Of a stretch of DNA of 64,000 bases, positions 1 through 10,400 are shown one piece after another. A program made the position numbers and the translations under genes. How positions within the stretch are numbered: the stretch's first letter is position 1; the number at the start of each line of letters is the position of its first letter. The notes beneath the pieces are model-generated. The model did no database searches. It was not told where the DNA came from and saw nothing but the letters and a program-made list of their open reading frames with translations. This DNA is from an uncultured bacterium (GTDB lineage: Bacteria > Oederibacteriota > JAAXVQ01 > JAUVAV01), in assembly GCA_963710755.1 (NCBI GenBank), contig CAVQBK010000003.1, forward strand, positions 128,001 to 192,000, read 5' to 3'.

Positions 1-228
1 GCTGTCCGGCCCGGCCGCGATAAACCTCGGCGCTATTGGCGGTCAGTGCCTGTTCCAAAGCCAGCACCTCCAGTGCCTCTGCCAGTGCCGGGGCAACTGG
101 ATGGGGGTGGCCTTTCCCCTGCAAATAATCATCAGCCGCAGGACTGGGCACAAACCAAAATGGAGTCTTCCCATCCACATAAACAGCTAAAGAAGACAAA
201 GGCAGACGCACCCATGCGTTTTCCATAA
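1..228 (+). CDS. Possible 3' end of a gene entering from the left edge (Pro-rich tail)
   Basis: Frame is open from base 1 to TAA at 226-228 (AVRPGRDKPRRYWRSVPVPKPAPPVP...), converging on pgi; no recognisable domain. Confidence 0.35.
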   Translation, partial: AVRPGRDKPRRYWRSVPVPKPAPPVPLPVPGQLDGGGLSPANNHQPQDWAQTKMESSHPHKQLKKTKADAPMRFP

Positions 229-265
229 TAGTATCCTTCTCAACCTTTAACCGCGATGACCCAGC

Positions 266-1906
266 CTAGCGTATGGATTTATAATAATTAATCAATCCAT
301 TGGTAGAGCTGTCATGACTGGTTACAGGCTCGTTGGTCTTTAATTCAGGCACAATGGCTTTGGCCAATACTTTACCCAGTTCCACGCCCATCTGATCAAA
401 AGAATTAATCTGCCAAATCACACCCTGCGTGAATATTTTGTGTTCATAGAGGGCGATCAATTGGCCCAGGCTTTCCGGGGTGATTTTCTTGACCATCAGG
501 CTGTTGCTGGGTTTGTTGCCACTGAAGGTCTTGGCCTTGGCCAGCAGTTCCAGCCGGTCTTCATCCACACCCTGGGCTTTTAATTCTGCTTTCACTTCCT
601 CCGTGGTCTTGCCCTGCATCAGGGCCTGCGGTTGGGCAAAGAAATTGGAGAGCAGCAGGGTATGATGATCGCCAACAGGATTGTGCGACTGGGCCGGCGC
701 AATGAAATCACAGGGAATCAGTTTGGTACCTTGATGAATAAGCTGATAAAAGGCGTGCTGGCCATTGGTGCCTGGTTCCCCCCAAATGACGGGCCCCGTG
801 GAATAGTCAATGTCCTGGCCGTCACGGGTAACGCTTTTGCCGTTGCTCTCCATATCGCCCTGCTGAAAATAAGCGGCAAAACGGGCCATATACTGGTCAT
901 AGGGCAAAATCGCCATGGTTTCAGCACCGAAAAAGTTGTTGTACCAAATCCCGATAAGGGCCAGGATAACAGGCATGTTATTTTCAAAAGGCGTGGTCCG
1001 AAAATGCTCGTCCATTTGATGGGCACCGCTAAGCAAGGCTTCAAAGTGCTCCATGCCAATAGCCAGGGCAATGGAGAGTCCAATGGCTGACCATAGGGAA
1101 TAGCGGCCGCCCACCCAATCCCAGAATTCGAACATATTGGCGGTGTCAATGCCAAACCGCTCCACGGCTTCGGCATTGGTGGACATGGCCACAAAATGTT
1201 TGGCAATAGCTTTTTCATGTTGGGCCGTCTCCAAGAACCAAGCCCGGGCCGTATGGGCATTGGCCATGGTTTCCTGGGTGGTAAAGGTTTTAGACGCAAT
1301 TAAAAACAAGGTAGTCTCAGGATTGACCTTTTTCAGCGTTTCCGTGATATGGGTGGCATCCACATTGGAAACAAAATGAAAAGCCAAGCCTTTTTTAACA
1401 TAGGGGGTCAGCGCCTTGACCACCATTTGCGGACCCAGATCAGAGCCACCGATGCCGATATTAACGATATCCGTGATGGGTTTATCCGTATAGCCGCGCC
1501 AGCGGCCTGAACGCACTTCATCGGTAAACAGGCTCATTTTTTCCAATACAGCGTTCACCTCGGGCATAACATCCTTGCCGTCCACCAGAATGGGACGGTT
1601 GGAACGGTTGCGCAAGGCCACATGGAGCACGGCCCGGTCTTCAGTGTTGTTGATCTTTTCGCCGGAAAACATGGCGGCGATAGCCTTGTCCAGGCCTGCT
1701 TCTTGCGCCAAAGCCAGCAGACGCTTCCTGGTCTCCTCGGTGATGCGATTTTTGGAATAATCCAATAAAAGCTCATTTAAAGTGAGTGAAAATTTTTCAA
1801 AACGCCTGGGATCTTCAGCAAAAAGTGTGCGCATGGGTATGGAGGCGATTTCTCCAAAGTGTTCCTCCAATGCTTGCCAGCTCGGCAAATCCGTCACGTG
1901 TGGCAT
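266..1906 (-). CDS. pgi: Glucose-6-phosphate isomerase
   Basis: 546 aa with [31 protein letters not shown] and [10 protein letters not shown] motifs; GGAG RBS upstream. Confidence 0.98.
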   Translation of the reverse strand: MPHVTDLPSWQALEEHFGEIASIPMRTLFAEDPRRFEKFSLTLNELLLDYSKNRITEETRKRLLALAQEAGLDKAIAAMFSGEKINNTEDRAVLHVALRNRSNRPILVDGKDVMPEVNAVLEKMSLFTDEVRSGRWRGYTDKPITDIVNIGIGGSDLGPQMVVKALTPYVKKGLAFHFVSNVDATHITETLKKVNPETTLFLIASKTFTTQETMANAHTARAWFLETAQHEKAIAKHFVAMSTNAEAVERFGIDTANMFEFWDWVGGRYSLWSAIGLSIALAIGMEHFEALLSGAHQMDEHFRTTPFENNMPVILALIGIWYNNFFGAETMAILPYDQYMARFAAYFQQGDMESNGKSVTRDGQDIDYSTGPVIWGEPGTNGQHAFYQLIHQGTKLIPCDFIAPAQSHNPVGDHHTLLLSNFFAQPQALMQGKTTEEVKAELKAQGVDEDRLELLAKAKTFSGNKPSNSLMVKKITPESLGQLIALYEHKIFTQGVIWQINSFDQMGVELGKVLAKAIVPELKTNEPVTSHDSSTNGLINYYKSIR

Positions 1907-2232
1907 AACGGTTACTCCTTTCCCTCTTTATAATAGTGGTGATCATTACTGGGGTTAAAAAAACCGCTTCTATTCTCCCTGGTTTACAAACTAAAATCAA
2001 GAACACAATGGGTCAACCCCTTGCCCGGCTTCATCCTGGATGGCTGGGTAGCAAGCGCGACAAAACACTATGACGTCGCCGGGAAAAGTTGATCCTTACA
2101 ACGCCTTTTAAAAATATCCGTCCTTATGCACTTGCTTACGGGGCTTGCCTAGCCCCTGGTTTTGCGGAAAAAGGGAATTATTCAACCTGGCAACCCTACT
2201 TCTAACCGACGGGAAAGTCCTCATAATTTATT

Positions 2233-2261
2233 TTGACAACTTATGGGCCCGGCTGGATACT
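2233..2261 (+). promoter_or_regulatory. Sigma70-type promoter for the PGPGW-family gene
   Basis: TTGACA-N17-GATACT. Confidence 0.5.
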
Positions 2262-2347
2262 GAGAATAGTGTACATGTACAGACAGAATAAAATACACCC
2301 TATTGCAATTCATGACAAGCGCACGGCCTGATTAAGGAGCACCGCCA

Positions 2348-2629
2348 ATGCTTAAATTAACCTATAAAACCATACGGCGGTTGGTGATCATCATCATCGG
2401 ATTTACGGTTATTCTATTGGGGGTGGTGATGTTGGTGACTCCCGGCCCTGGTCTGGTGGCCATAGTGACGGGGTTGAGTATTCTGGCCACAGAATTGATT
2501 TGGGCCCGCAGCCTGCTCAACCGTTTAAAGCATCATGCCCAAGGGTACACCCACGGTTTTATGGCCTGGCTGCAACGTCATTTAAAGCCTGAAGAAAAAA
2601 GCCCGCCGCCGCCGGATCAGCTTCCCTAG
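2348..2629 (+). CDS. Small membrane protein, PGPGW/TIGR02611-like family
   Basis: TM helix followed by 'LVTPGPGL...GLSILATELIWARSLL'; AAGGAG RBS. Confidence 0.85.
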   Translation: MLKLTYKTIRRLVIIIIGFTVILLGVVMLVTPGPGLVAIVTGLSILATELIWARSLLNRLKHHAQGYTHGFMAWLQRHLKPEEKSPPPPDQLP

Positions 2630-2651
2630 GGACAGGGCTTGCGTAAGTTTC

Positions 2652-2680
2652 GTGGGGGCGGACTTCAAACCCGTCTCTAC
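2652..2680. repeat. GTAG-type REP-like palindrome between convergent genes
   Basis: Minus strand reads GTAGAGACGGGTTTGAAGTCCGCCCCCAC, an imperfect hairpin starting with GTAG. Confidence 0.5.
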
Positions 2681-2691
2681 AGGGTTCCAGC

Positions 2692-5115
2692 TTAAGCCTT
2701 GGTATTGGAAGATAGAGCCTGATCGGCCGGCGAAGAAGAAGGTACGGTCAAGGGCAGGATAATTGAAAAAGTTGTCCCCTGGCCCGGGGTTGAACTCACC
2801 ATGATTTTACCTTTGTGTTTTTCATGTATCACCGCATAGGCAATGGCCAAGCCCTGGCCGGTGCCTTTGCCCACAGGCTTGGTGGTAAAAAAAGGATCGA
2901 ATATTTTTTCCTGCACCTCGGGCGGCATGCCCATACCGTTGTCGGCAATGCTGATTTCAATAGAGCCGTTCTGGGTGCTGGTGGTCACCTGAATGAGTCC
3001 TTTGGTCTCCTTTTCACCCTGATTTTTTTCCTCAATGGCATGGGCGGCGTTGACTATTATATTTAAAATGACCTGCCCCAATTCTCCTGGCAAAGCCGGC
3101 ACCATAGGTAGTTTCGGATCAAGATGGGTTTGCAACCATGCCACATATTTCCATTCGTTTTTTGAAACCACCACCGTATTGGCGATGACTTCATTGACAT
3201 TGGTCATGGTGCTTTCCTGACCTTCAGGATGGGCAAAAGCTTTCATGGCTTTCACAATCTGACTGACCCGGTTGACACCTTCCAGGGTCTGCGCAACAGC
3301 CTGGGGAATTTCTCCTTGGAGATACTCCACATCCAGGGCTTGGCTCAAATCCTGCAGGGTCCGGCCCAGGTTGGCCGGATCGGCACCTGCGGCCTCCAGG
3401 CTTTTTTGAATAATCTCCATCAGATCAGTAAACGCGTCGTTGAGAAATTTGACATTGTCGCCAATGAACTGAATGGGGGTATTGATCTCATGGGCAATGC
3501 CGGCCGCCAACTGGCCTATGGAAGTTAATTTTTGATTCTGCAGGCGTTCCGCTTCCAGTTGTTTGCGCTCGGTGATATCCAGAATGACGCCGACCAGGCC
3601 CGAGATTTCGCCCTCGCTGTTGGTCAAGACCGCCTTGTGAAACACCACCGTACGCAAGGTGCCGTCGCGACGGGGTAGCGGGGCTTCGTAAATTTGCGAC
3701 CCACCGCTTTTATAAAGATCCTCGTCCGCCTTATTATAGGTCTGGGCCAGATCCAGAGGATAGAAATCAAACAGGCTTTTGCCGATGATGGCTTCTTTGT
3801 CAATACCCAGAAATTGGACAAAGGCTTGATTACATCCTAAATACACGCCCTTCCTATCTTTATAAAACACCGGTCCTGGAATGGCTTCGATCAGGGTTTC
3901 CAAAAAATGGTGCTGCTCCTGTTCTTTCAGTTGCGCTTCTTTGATGGCTGTGATCTTAATGGCCACGCTGAATTTAACCCACCGGCCATCAGCCCACTGC
4001 AGCGCCTGGTCCGTGTAATGATACCATTCACCGCTTAAAGGATGGCGCATTTCCCAGTGATAAGTGTCATGTTGTTCTTTTCCAAACAGAATCTGATTGG
4101 TACAAAAACTGCAGGGCGCCTCTTGGCCGTACAAAAACCGGTAACAAGGGCTGTGCGCTTCACTGGAAGGCAACTGGTCGGACGCCTTTTTGTTCACATA
4201 AAGCACTTCATCGCTGACAGGATCCACCACACAAGCCACGGCATCGAGGCTGTCAAACAGGTGCAGCAATTGTTCGTAATCATGCACCAATTTTTGTCGA
4301 TGTTCCTGTTTATCCATTCCATTGGACAGAATATTGCCCAACGTTTTTATAAACTGCTTACTCGTGCCTGTCAGCACACCTGACGTAAAGAGCATGATCA
4401 TGCCGTAAAGTCTGGCGCTGGTCTTGAGGGACAGGATATGAACCCGGCCCTGGTCGGGGGCGCCGACCTTATGCAACAGGCCTTGGCTCACGTTGCTGCC
4501 GGTGGCAGGGGTAATCTCCAGGAAACAAAACGTCATTAACCACTGCTTCTCTTCGGCCGTCAGGATGATGCCACTCTCGAATCCCGGCAGGTTGCTGCCG
4601 TTTAAAACCAGCATTTGCTTTTGCGCCTGGTCACTCACCGTTGCCAGTCCCCTACTGCCGGGTAAGCTTTGAAGGATGGCAGGTAAATAGGTTCGCATCA
4701 GATTGCTGAGAGATCCTTCCTTAAGCGCTTCCTGGCTTAGTTGACTTATCAGGGTTTGACGCTGGTTGGCCATATGCAGACGATGCAACAGGCTCCTTGT
4801 TTGGGCAAAAATAAAAACTAAAATAAGCGTAATGACATGGCCAAGGATACTGCCGGGCTGGGTGTAAAACTTCCACAATTCAATCCAGCCGGCATGGTGA
4901 TGAAGCATGATGGCATGGCTTTGAAATACCATTACCACACCCCAGGCCAGGACCCCGGGGATAACGCCCATACTCCAACCGATATACAACACCGGCAGGC
5001 TGCCGAGCACCACCAGTCCCGTGCCCAAATGTGAAATCAAGCCATAGACGGCCAGAATATAAATGACGATCAAGCCGATTGCTAAAAGTGACTGCCGCAA
5101 GTTAAGGTTGGTCAT
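2692..5115 (-). CDS. Membrane-bound PAS-domain sensor histidine kinase (NtrB-like), no adjacent response regulator
   Basis: N-terminal TM helices, GAF-like region, two PAS domains, H-box AHEINTP, N-box [29 protein letters not shown]. Confidence 0.93.
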   Translation of the reverse strand: MTNLNLRQSLLAIGLIVIYILAVYGLISHLGTGLVVLGSLPVLYIGWSMGVIPGVLAWGVVMVFQSHAIMLHHHAGWIELWKFYTQPGSILGHVITLILVFIFAQTRSLLHRLHMANQRQTLISQLSQEALKEGSLSNLMRTYLPAILQSLPGSRGLATVSDQAQKQMLVLNGSNLPGFESGIILTAEEKQWLMTFCFLEITPATGSNVSQGLLHKVGAPDQGRVHILSLKTSARLYGMIMLFTSGVLTGTSKQFIKTLGNILSNGMDKQEHRQKLVHDYEQLLHLFDSLDAVACVVDPVSDEVLYVNKKASDQLPSSEAHSPCYRFLYGQEAPCSFCTNQILFGKEQHDTYHWEMRHPLSGEWYHYTDQALQWADGRWVKFSVAIKITAIKEAQLKEQEQHHFLETLIEAIPGPVFYKDRKGVYLGCNQAFVQFLGIDKEAIIGKSLFDFYPLDLAQTYNKADEDLYKSGGSQIYEAPLPRRDGTLRTVVFHKAVLTNSEGEISGLVGVILDITERKQLEAERLQNQKLTSIGQLAAGIAHEINTPIQFIGDNVKFLNDAFTDLMEIIQKSLEAAGADPANLGRTLQDLSQALDVEYLQGEIPQAVAQTLEGVNRVSQIVKAMKAFAHPEGQESTMTNVNEVIANTVVVSKNEWKYVAWLQTHLDPKLPMVPALPGELGQVILNIIVNAAHAIEEKNQGEKETKGLIQVTTSTQNGSIEISIADNGMGMPPEVQEKIFDPFFTTKPVGKGTGQGLAIAYAVIHEKHKGKIMVSSTPGQGTTFSIILPLTVPSSSPADQALSSNTKA

Positions 5116-5200
5116 GCGCCCTGGCCTCTTGGAATCAAATATTATGATCTGCTATGATTATCGACTGGGAAGTCAGGTGTATTGACCATGGAAGGGATAA

Positions 5201-5238
5201 ATAAAGGCTGTGGCCAGTATACTCGCCACAGCCTTTAT
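5201..5238. terminator. Intrinsic terminator hairpin downstream of the LiaF-like gene
   Basis: Perfect 14-bp inverted repeat ATAAAGGCTGTGGC/GCCACAGCCTTTAT. Confidence 0.8.
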
Positions 5239-5269
5239 ATTGAGTTTTAAAAAATTAGATAATAAACAC

Positions 5270-5809
5270 TTAATAACGCACGTTTAGTCCGCCAAAAACG
5301 GTGTCTGCCCGAATGGTTAAATAAGGTTCGTTTTCATTGAAGTTGGCTGTGGTAAAAAGGGTGGAACCAAAGCCGCCGCTGGTGCGGTCCGGCAGCTGAA
5401 TGCCACCAAAGGCCACATTGGCTACCAGCTTAACCGGCACGGCAGTGTTTAAAATAATCTCGGTGCTGGAAAACACCGTGTGCACGTCGATGGTTCTGGG
5501 AATGGCCTCCAGGGTTACATCGTGTAGGTCCAGCACCATCTTGCCGAAAATCACATTGTACTCTTTTTTATTGGCATCAGGGGTATTGATGATTTGCTCG
5601 TGAAACACCACATCCTGGCCCTGGCCGTGGCTATGCCAGGACATCCAGCCCCAGGCCCCGAAAATAATTCTGAGCCCCAGGTAAATAAAGAAAAAACCAA
5701 TCAGCAGCTTAAAGATGGGAATATTGATTCGAAACACGCCATTCAAAATAATCGCCAGCCCGATGATCACCACCAGTAATCCCCAGAACAATGCTCCGCC
5801 CATTTTCAT
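5270..5809 (-). CDS. LiaF/DUF2154-like membrane protein (cell-envelope stress type)
   Basis: Two N-terminal TM helices, then beta-rich repeats 'VIFGKMVLDL', 'VAFGGIQLP', 'TVFGGLNV'; GGAGG RBS. Confidence 0.75.
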   Translation of the reverse strand: MKMGGALFWGLLVVIIGLAIILNGVFRINIPIFKLLIGFFFIYLGLRIIFGAWGWMSWHSHGQGQDVVFHEQIINTPDANKKEYNVIFGKMVLDLHDVTLEAIPRTIDVHTVFSSTEIILNTAVPVKLVANVAFGGIQLPDRTSGGFGSTLFTTANFNENEPYLTIRADTVFGGLNVRY

Positions 5810-5919
5810 ACGCTCCTCCCTGCTTGATTGTGCTGCCCACTATTCAATGCCTTGGTTGTATCACACCCGTTCATGCCTTGTCGATAAAAACCTTCTGCCC
5901 GCCGAACCTGCCGGATATG

Positions 5920-6105
5920 CTCATCCATCGCCTTCACTTTGGCCATCCGCCGTTCCTGGCGAGGACCATGAGCGGCGTGAGCGTTTAAAAAAAACTGACT
6001 ATAGGCTTCACTGCCACTAACGCTGCTGCCCAGGCGGAGCACATTCAGGTCATCCAGTTCCATGCCCTTGGCGGGCCCTATACGCATTAAGGCACACCGT
6101 CCCCT
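5920..6105 (-). pseudogene. Degenerate copy of the 3' third of rpiB
   Basis: VCLNAYRARQG/(frameshift)/[48 protein letters not shown] aligns to RpiB [62 protein letters not shown]. Confidence 0.88.
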
Positions 6106-6153
6106 TGGGAAACATTTTTCTGATCTCCACTTCCAAACAAACCCGTCAGACCG

Positions 6154-7395
6154 TTACTTAAGGGATAAGGCATCGTCAGCCAGCAAAGGAACCTGGTTAC
6201 GAATTCCGATAGACCCTGTGTTGGCCTGCATGGTCCGGCCGTGAATATCTACAATCACCAGCCGTACAATAAAGTCACCGTCTTGAACCATCAACCCGCG
6301 ATCATCTTTGCCGTGCCAAACCAGCTGGTTGGGCGGTTGTTCCTCACCTTGAAAAGACCGCACCACATCGCCTTGCTGGTCCACGATGGTGACGTCCCAA
6401 TGATCGATGGGATACTTGGTGTGGGCTTGAATGGTTAACGTCGTATAGCGCTTGATTCCCACCGGTGAAAATATTCTGGGTTGAGCTTGCAGGCTGACCT
6501 GGTAACCGCCGAAAGTGTAGCCCAAGGATAGCTTGTGCGACCAACCTAAGGCTTCGATGCCGGCCGCATAGTCGATACTAAACTGGCTGATTTTAGTGCC
6601 GGCACCTACGGCAATCCTGGTCTCATCATCAATACCGGCGCGTACAAATACAGCATCACCATAAACCGTCACTTCCGTACCGATCTTCCAATGCGGCTCA
6701 TGGTTGCCAAGCGTTTGGCTGATATCAGCATCAACCAGCACGTGCTGGTCAAAAAGCAATCCAGCCAACCCCAGTTTAAAGACGGTACTAAAGGTCTGAC
6801 CCATAATGGAAGGCGGTAGGGCATTGGTGGCCATGAAGCCGATTTGAAAATCCTTGATCGGGCTGTAGAGCAGGCCAAGATCAAGACCTATGCTGCTATC
6901 CTGACGGTCAAAAAGTCTCTCGTGGACAACTTTCAGATTAGTCCCGATCTGAACATCTGGAGAAAGGTCACGGGCATAACTGGCCAGGAGGGCACCCTGC
7001 CAGGTCTGGTTGGATCCGCTTAATGGCTGGTAATCCTCGTCACGAAGGTCATAGCCAAACGAGGATAGTAGCACCGCACCCAATCCCAAATGACCAATCC
7101 CGTCCAGGGGAAGATTGCAGGCCACAAAATCAAATACCGTATCTTCAAATAATTGTACGTGCTCCATCCCCAGGGTAACCGGATTTTGCCTGGCCAAGCC
7201 GGCGGGATTATAATTAGCGGCGCTCACATCATCGGCCAGGCCGGTCATGGCCCCACCCATGCCGGCTGCCCGCGCGCCGATATCGTAGTTAAGGTATTCT
7301 CCCGGCAAACCGTAATCGCCCGACCCCGGCCAACCCTGGGTTGTAATTAAACCGAGCAGTATGATTAGCAACGAAACACTATTGAGCTTTTTCAT
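6154..7395 (-). CDS. PorV/PorQ (UPF0164)-family outer-membrane barrel fused to a C-terminal FlgD-like Ig domain
   Basis: Signal peptide; 'GARAAGMGGAMTGLADDVSAANYNPAGL' family motif; C-terminal 'FSP...W...VRSFQG...LVWHGKDDRG...DGDF'. Confidence 0.85.
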   Translation of the reverse strand: MKKLNSVSLLIILLGLITTQGWPGSGDYGLPGEYLNYDIGARAAGMGGAMTGLADDVSAANYNPAGLARQNPVTLGMEHVQLFEDTVFDFVACNLPLDGIGHLGLGAVLLSSFGYDLRDEDYQPLSGSNQTWQGALLASYARDLSPDVQIGTNLKVVHERLFDRQDSSIGLDLGLLYSPIKDFQIGFMATNALPPSIMGQTFSTVFKLGLAGLLFDQHVLVDADISQTLGNHEPHWKIGTEVTVYGDAVFVRAGIDDETRIAVGAGTKISQFSIDYAAGIEALGWSHKLSLGYTFGGYQVSLQAQPRIFSPVGIKRYTTLTIQAHTKYPIDHWDVTIVDQQGDVVRSFQGEEQPPNQLVWHGKDDRGLMVQDGDFIVRLVIVDIHGRTMQANTGSIGIRNQVPLLADDALSLK

Positions 7396-7413
7396 GAGGC
7401 ACCTCCCTTGTCC

Positions 7414-10400
7414 TTACTGATTCAGAACGCCGATCTTAAAGCGGATCGGCTGCTGTTGATCGGGATAGATGGCGCAAATATAACCACCGTTGGCCACATG
7501 AACGCCCTTAAGATTTTTACCTTCCCATATCACGGTGTTGACGCCGGCATGTCCGCCATTGGGATCACCGGCTGGAATTTCCTTGGACCAGACCAGATCG
7601 CCCATCAGGGTATACAGGCTAAGCTTAACGTGCGCATCTTGGCGGAGGAAATAATCTATATGCGCCGGCCGGCCTTGGCGCGGAGCACAGGGGTTGGGAT
7701 AAACTCCCCCGTCAGGAGTGACGGTCACGTCCATGAGCAGCGTTCCCGTGACTTCGCCGACGCGGCTTTCAATGACATGACGGGCATTGATGGCACCGGC
7801 ATAAAAGGTTTGATAGGCTTCGCCCCAACTGTTGGTGGTGGTTTGCATCGGTCCATCCAGGCGGCTGGCCGCAGAGGATGGCGAAAGAATTATGGTGGAG
7901 ATTTCCTGTTGTCCAACCGGATTGCCGTTGACATCGCTGGCCCGGGTAAAAACCGTGGTCTTTTCATTGGCCACCAACTGGTAGATCTGGGTGTTGCCTT
8001 GGGTATAGGCCTGGGTATCGGCCCATAGGGTTAGCTTAGTGACTTGGGACGGTTTGACATTTAACTCCGGCGATAAACCTTTGGCCGGTGTAGGGGCGCC
8101 GTCGATCGTGCGGACCCTGATAAGGATGTGTTCTGCTTTGGTATAGGACTGGGTGTTAATTTCCGCCACGCCCCACTGGGTTATCCCATTGGTTATATTA
8201 AGGCGGCCTCCGCCTGGTGTCGGTGGCGATTCCTGGTCCAGGAAAGCCTCCATAACGAAAGGCTGGTTTACTGCCACGATTTCATTGGTTTTATAGTGGC
8301 GCACCTCCACGCGCATGGGAAAAACCTCGGGGTTGGCAGCGACCTCCACGGGCGGTAGACTTTGATCAAGCGCGATGCCCTTGACCGTGATATGAAAACG
8401 GGTATCTTCGCTGCGGATCACATTGATGACTGTATGGGAATCTTCGGCGCCGATAATAGAGGTATTATCCTTTTCATAGGGGGATAATTTCATAAACCCC
8501 GGACTGACCAGACAGCACTGAAAAGTGGCCCGACCATTCATCATGGTGCTCCTGATAGGCTTAAGATAGCCGGGCTTGGCACCGGCACCATGATCCGAGG
8601 ATTGAAGTTCGATTTCATTGCCGCTGATGTTATCGATAAAATTGCCGAACTGGTCCACACTTTGAACCACGGTTTCAAAATCATTACCGCTGATTTGAGC
8701 ATGAGCCAAATAATCAGTCGCATTTTGTACGTCAGGATTGGTCGGCGTGACCCCGCTATACCAGGTGGTGCCCTGGTGGCCACTGCCGGGGACGGCAATT
8801 TGCCCGGGAGCGAGAATTTGCAAACCATAATAAGTGCCCGGCGTAATCGTGGCCTCTGGGGTTGACCCCGACAACAGATCTGTACTGAGCACGGGATAGG
8901 CGCTTAGGGACTGCAGACCTTGGGTGCGAAACTGAAAGTCGCCAAAGCTGGCATAGCCTTCCACCGGATCAATAAATTGGTCAGCTGGTCTGGGAGCAAA
9001 TGGATCGGTAGTGAGAAGCTTTATCTCTTGGTCCACGCCTTTAACCATATTGCCATAGATGTCACAGGAATAGACACGGACTTCCAAGGGATCACCGGCC
9101 ACAAAAGTCAGCGCTTGGTCGTTGAAATTGTTGAAGACATCGGCATCGGCTGGTGGAGGCGTGCTGATATATTTATCGAAATCGCTGTACGTGCCGCCCG
9201 CATTTGACAAATCCGGCGAGCTGACCATGCCGGGAACCAAAGGCACCAGGCGGGCTGCTTGATTGGCTTTGACATAAAATAGCGTCGAGACGCCATGAAT
9301 GCCCGAAAAATCAACCTGCAACTTCATCCCGGGCGCATTCTTTTTATACAGGTATACCCAGGGCATGCTCGACCCGTTGCGCCAAGCCGTGCTTTCCAGG
9401 TTGCCTAGAAGATAGGGCCACACACTTTTCTTGCCACCCAAATCGGTATCGACCGACAAATTAACTGCTCCTGCCGGTTCGAAGGCCCGGATATTGTAGG
9501 TAGGAACAGCATCCATGGTGTTGCCGTAGGCATCCACTGCGGTAACGGTAATGGGAAAAGGGTTGCCGGCTGTAGCCCCATTGTGGCTGATCTCTTCAGG
9601 AATACTGAATTGGAAGTGGTCTGGTTCCTGAGCATGGACCACGGGCACGGCATTGGTCTGAATTCCAAGGGTGAAGCCTTCAAAGCCGCTTGCCGAGGCA
9701 CCGATCTGTTGCCCGGTGGTTCCGTTGACCGTATATAAAACCAACCCATTGGTGCCCGAGGCGATATAGGAGCCGTTGTTCAGACTGATCGTCAGCGGCA
9801 GGTTGCCTCTAGTCAAGAGTTGAGCCCTTGGATCGGTACTGTTAAGGGTAATCTGATTCTGGGCATCCGTACAGGTGTTCCAGTAATGATCGCAGAGATG
9901 GAATTCCAAACTGGAAATCGCCGTGCCGGCCACCTGATAATGGGGGTGCCCTTCAATGGCCGTGCGCATAGTAGGATCGCCCAGGTCATCCGGTGCAGCG
10001 CCCCGTTTCACGGTCATGCCGATCGGTTCAAGAATCAAGAGGCGCTCGGCTTGGGCGGGAGCCACGTTTACCGGTTGCGACAGGTAATCGTCTTTAGTAC
10101 CCAGGGCGACTTTGATAAACTTCGGTTGGCCGTTGGTATCAGCGCGATAGAGGGTGATGTCCCCTGTCCAGACACCTGCGCTGAATTGAATGTTACGGCT
10201 GGGACTGATGGTTTTGAGATGTGGATAGTCTTCAGAATAGCGTAGTTCCACTGTACCATTAAAGGTATCGGCCACTTCATTGAGGCCTCGATAAGCCGTG
10301 ATTTTAACATGCTTGGCAATGCCGGCCGTCCACTGACTATCCCAGCCCCCGCCGGTCATCTCTAATTTAAACTCACTAATGTTAAAAACTTCGATGTTGG

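Noticed and set aside
2135-2200. Possible c-di-GMP-I riboswitch (minus strand CGCAAAACCAGGGG and GGGTTGCC)
   Set aside because: Elements are in the wrong order and the GGCAAA/GAAA-tetraloop P2 stem is missing
5806-6087. 93-aa ORF as a functional second RpiB
   Set aside because: Lacks the N-terminal two-thirds including the catalytic CGSG motif; homology is frameshifted, so it is treated as a pseudogene
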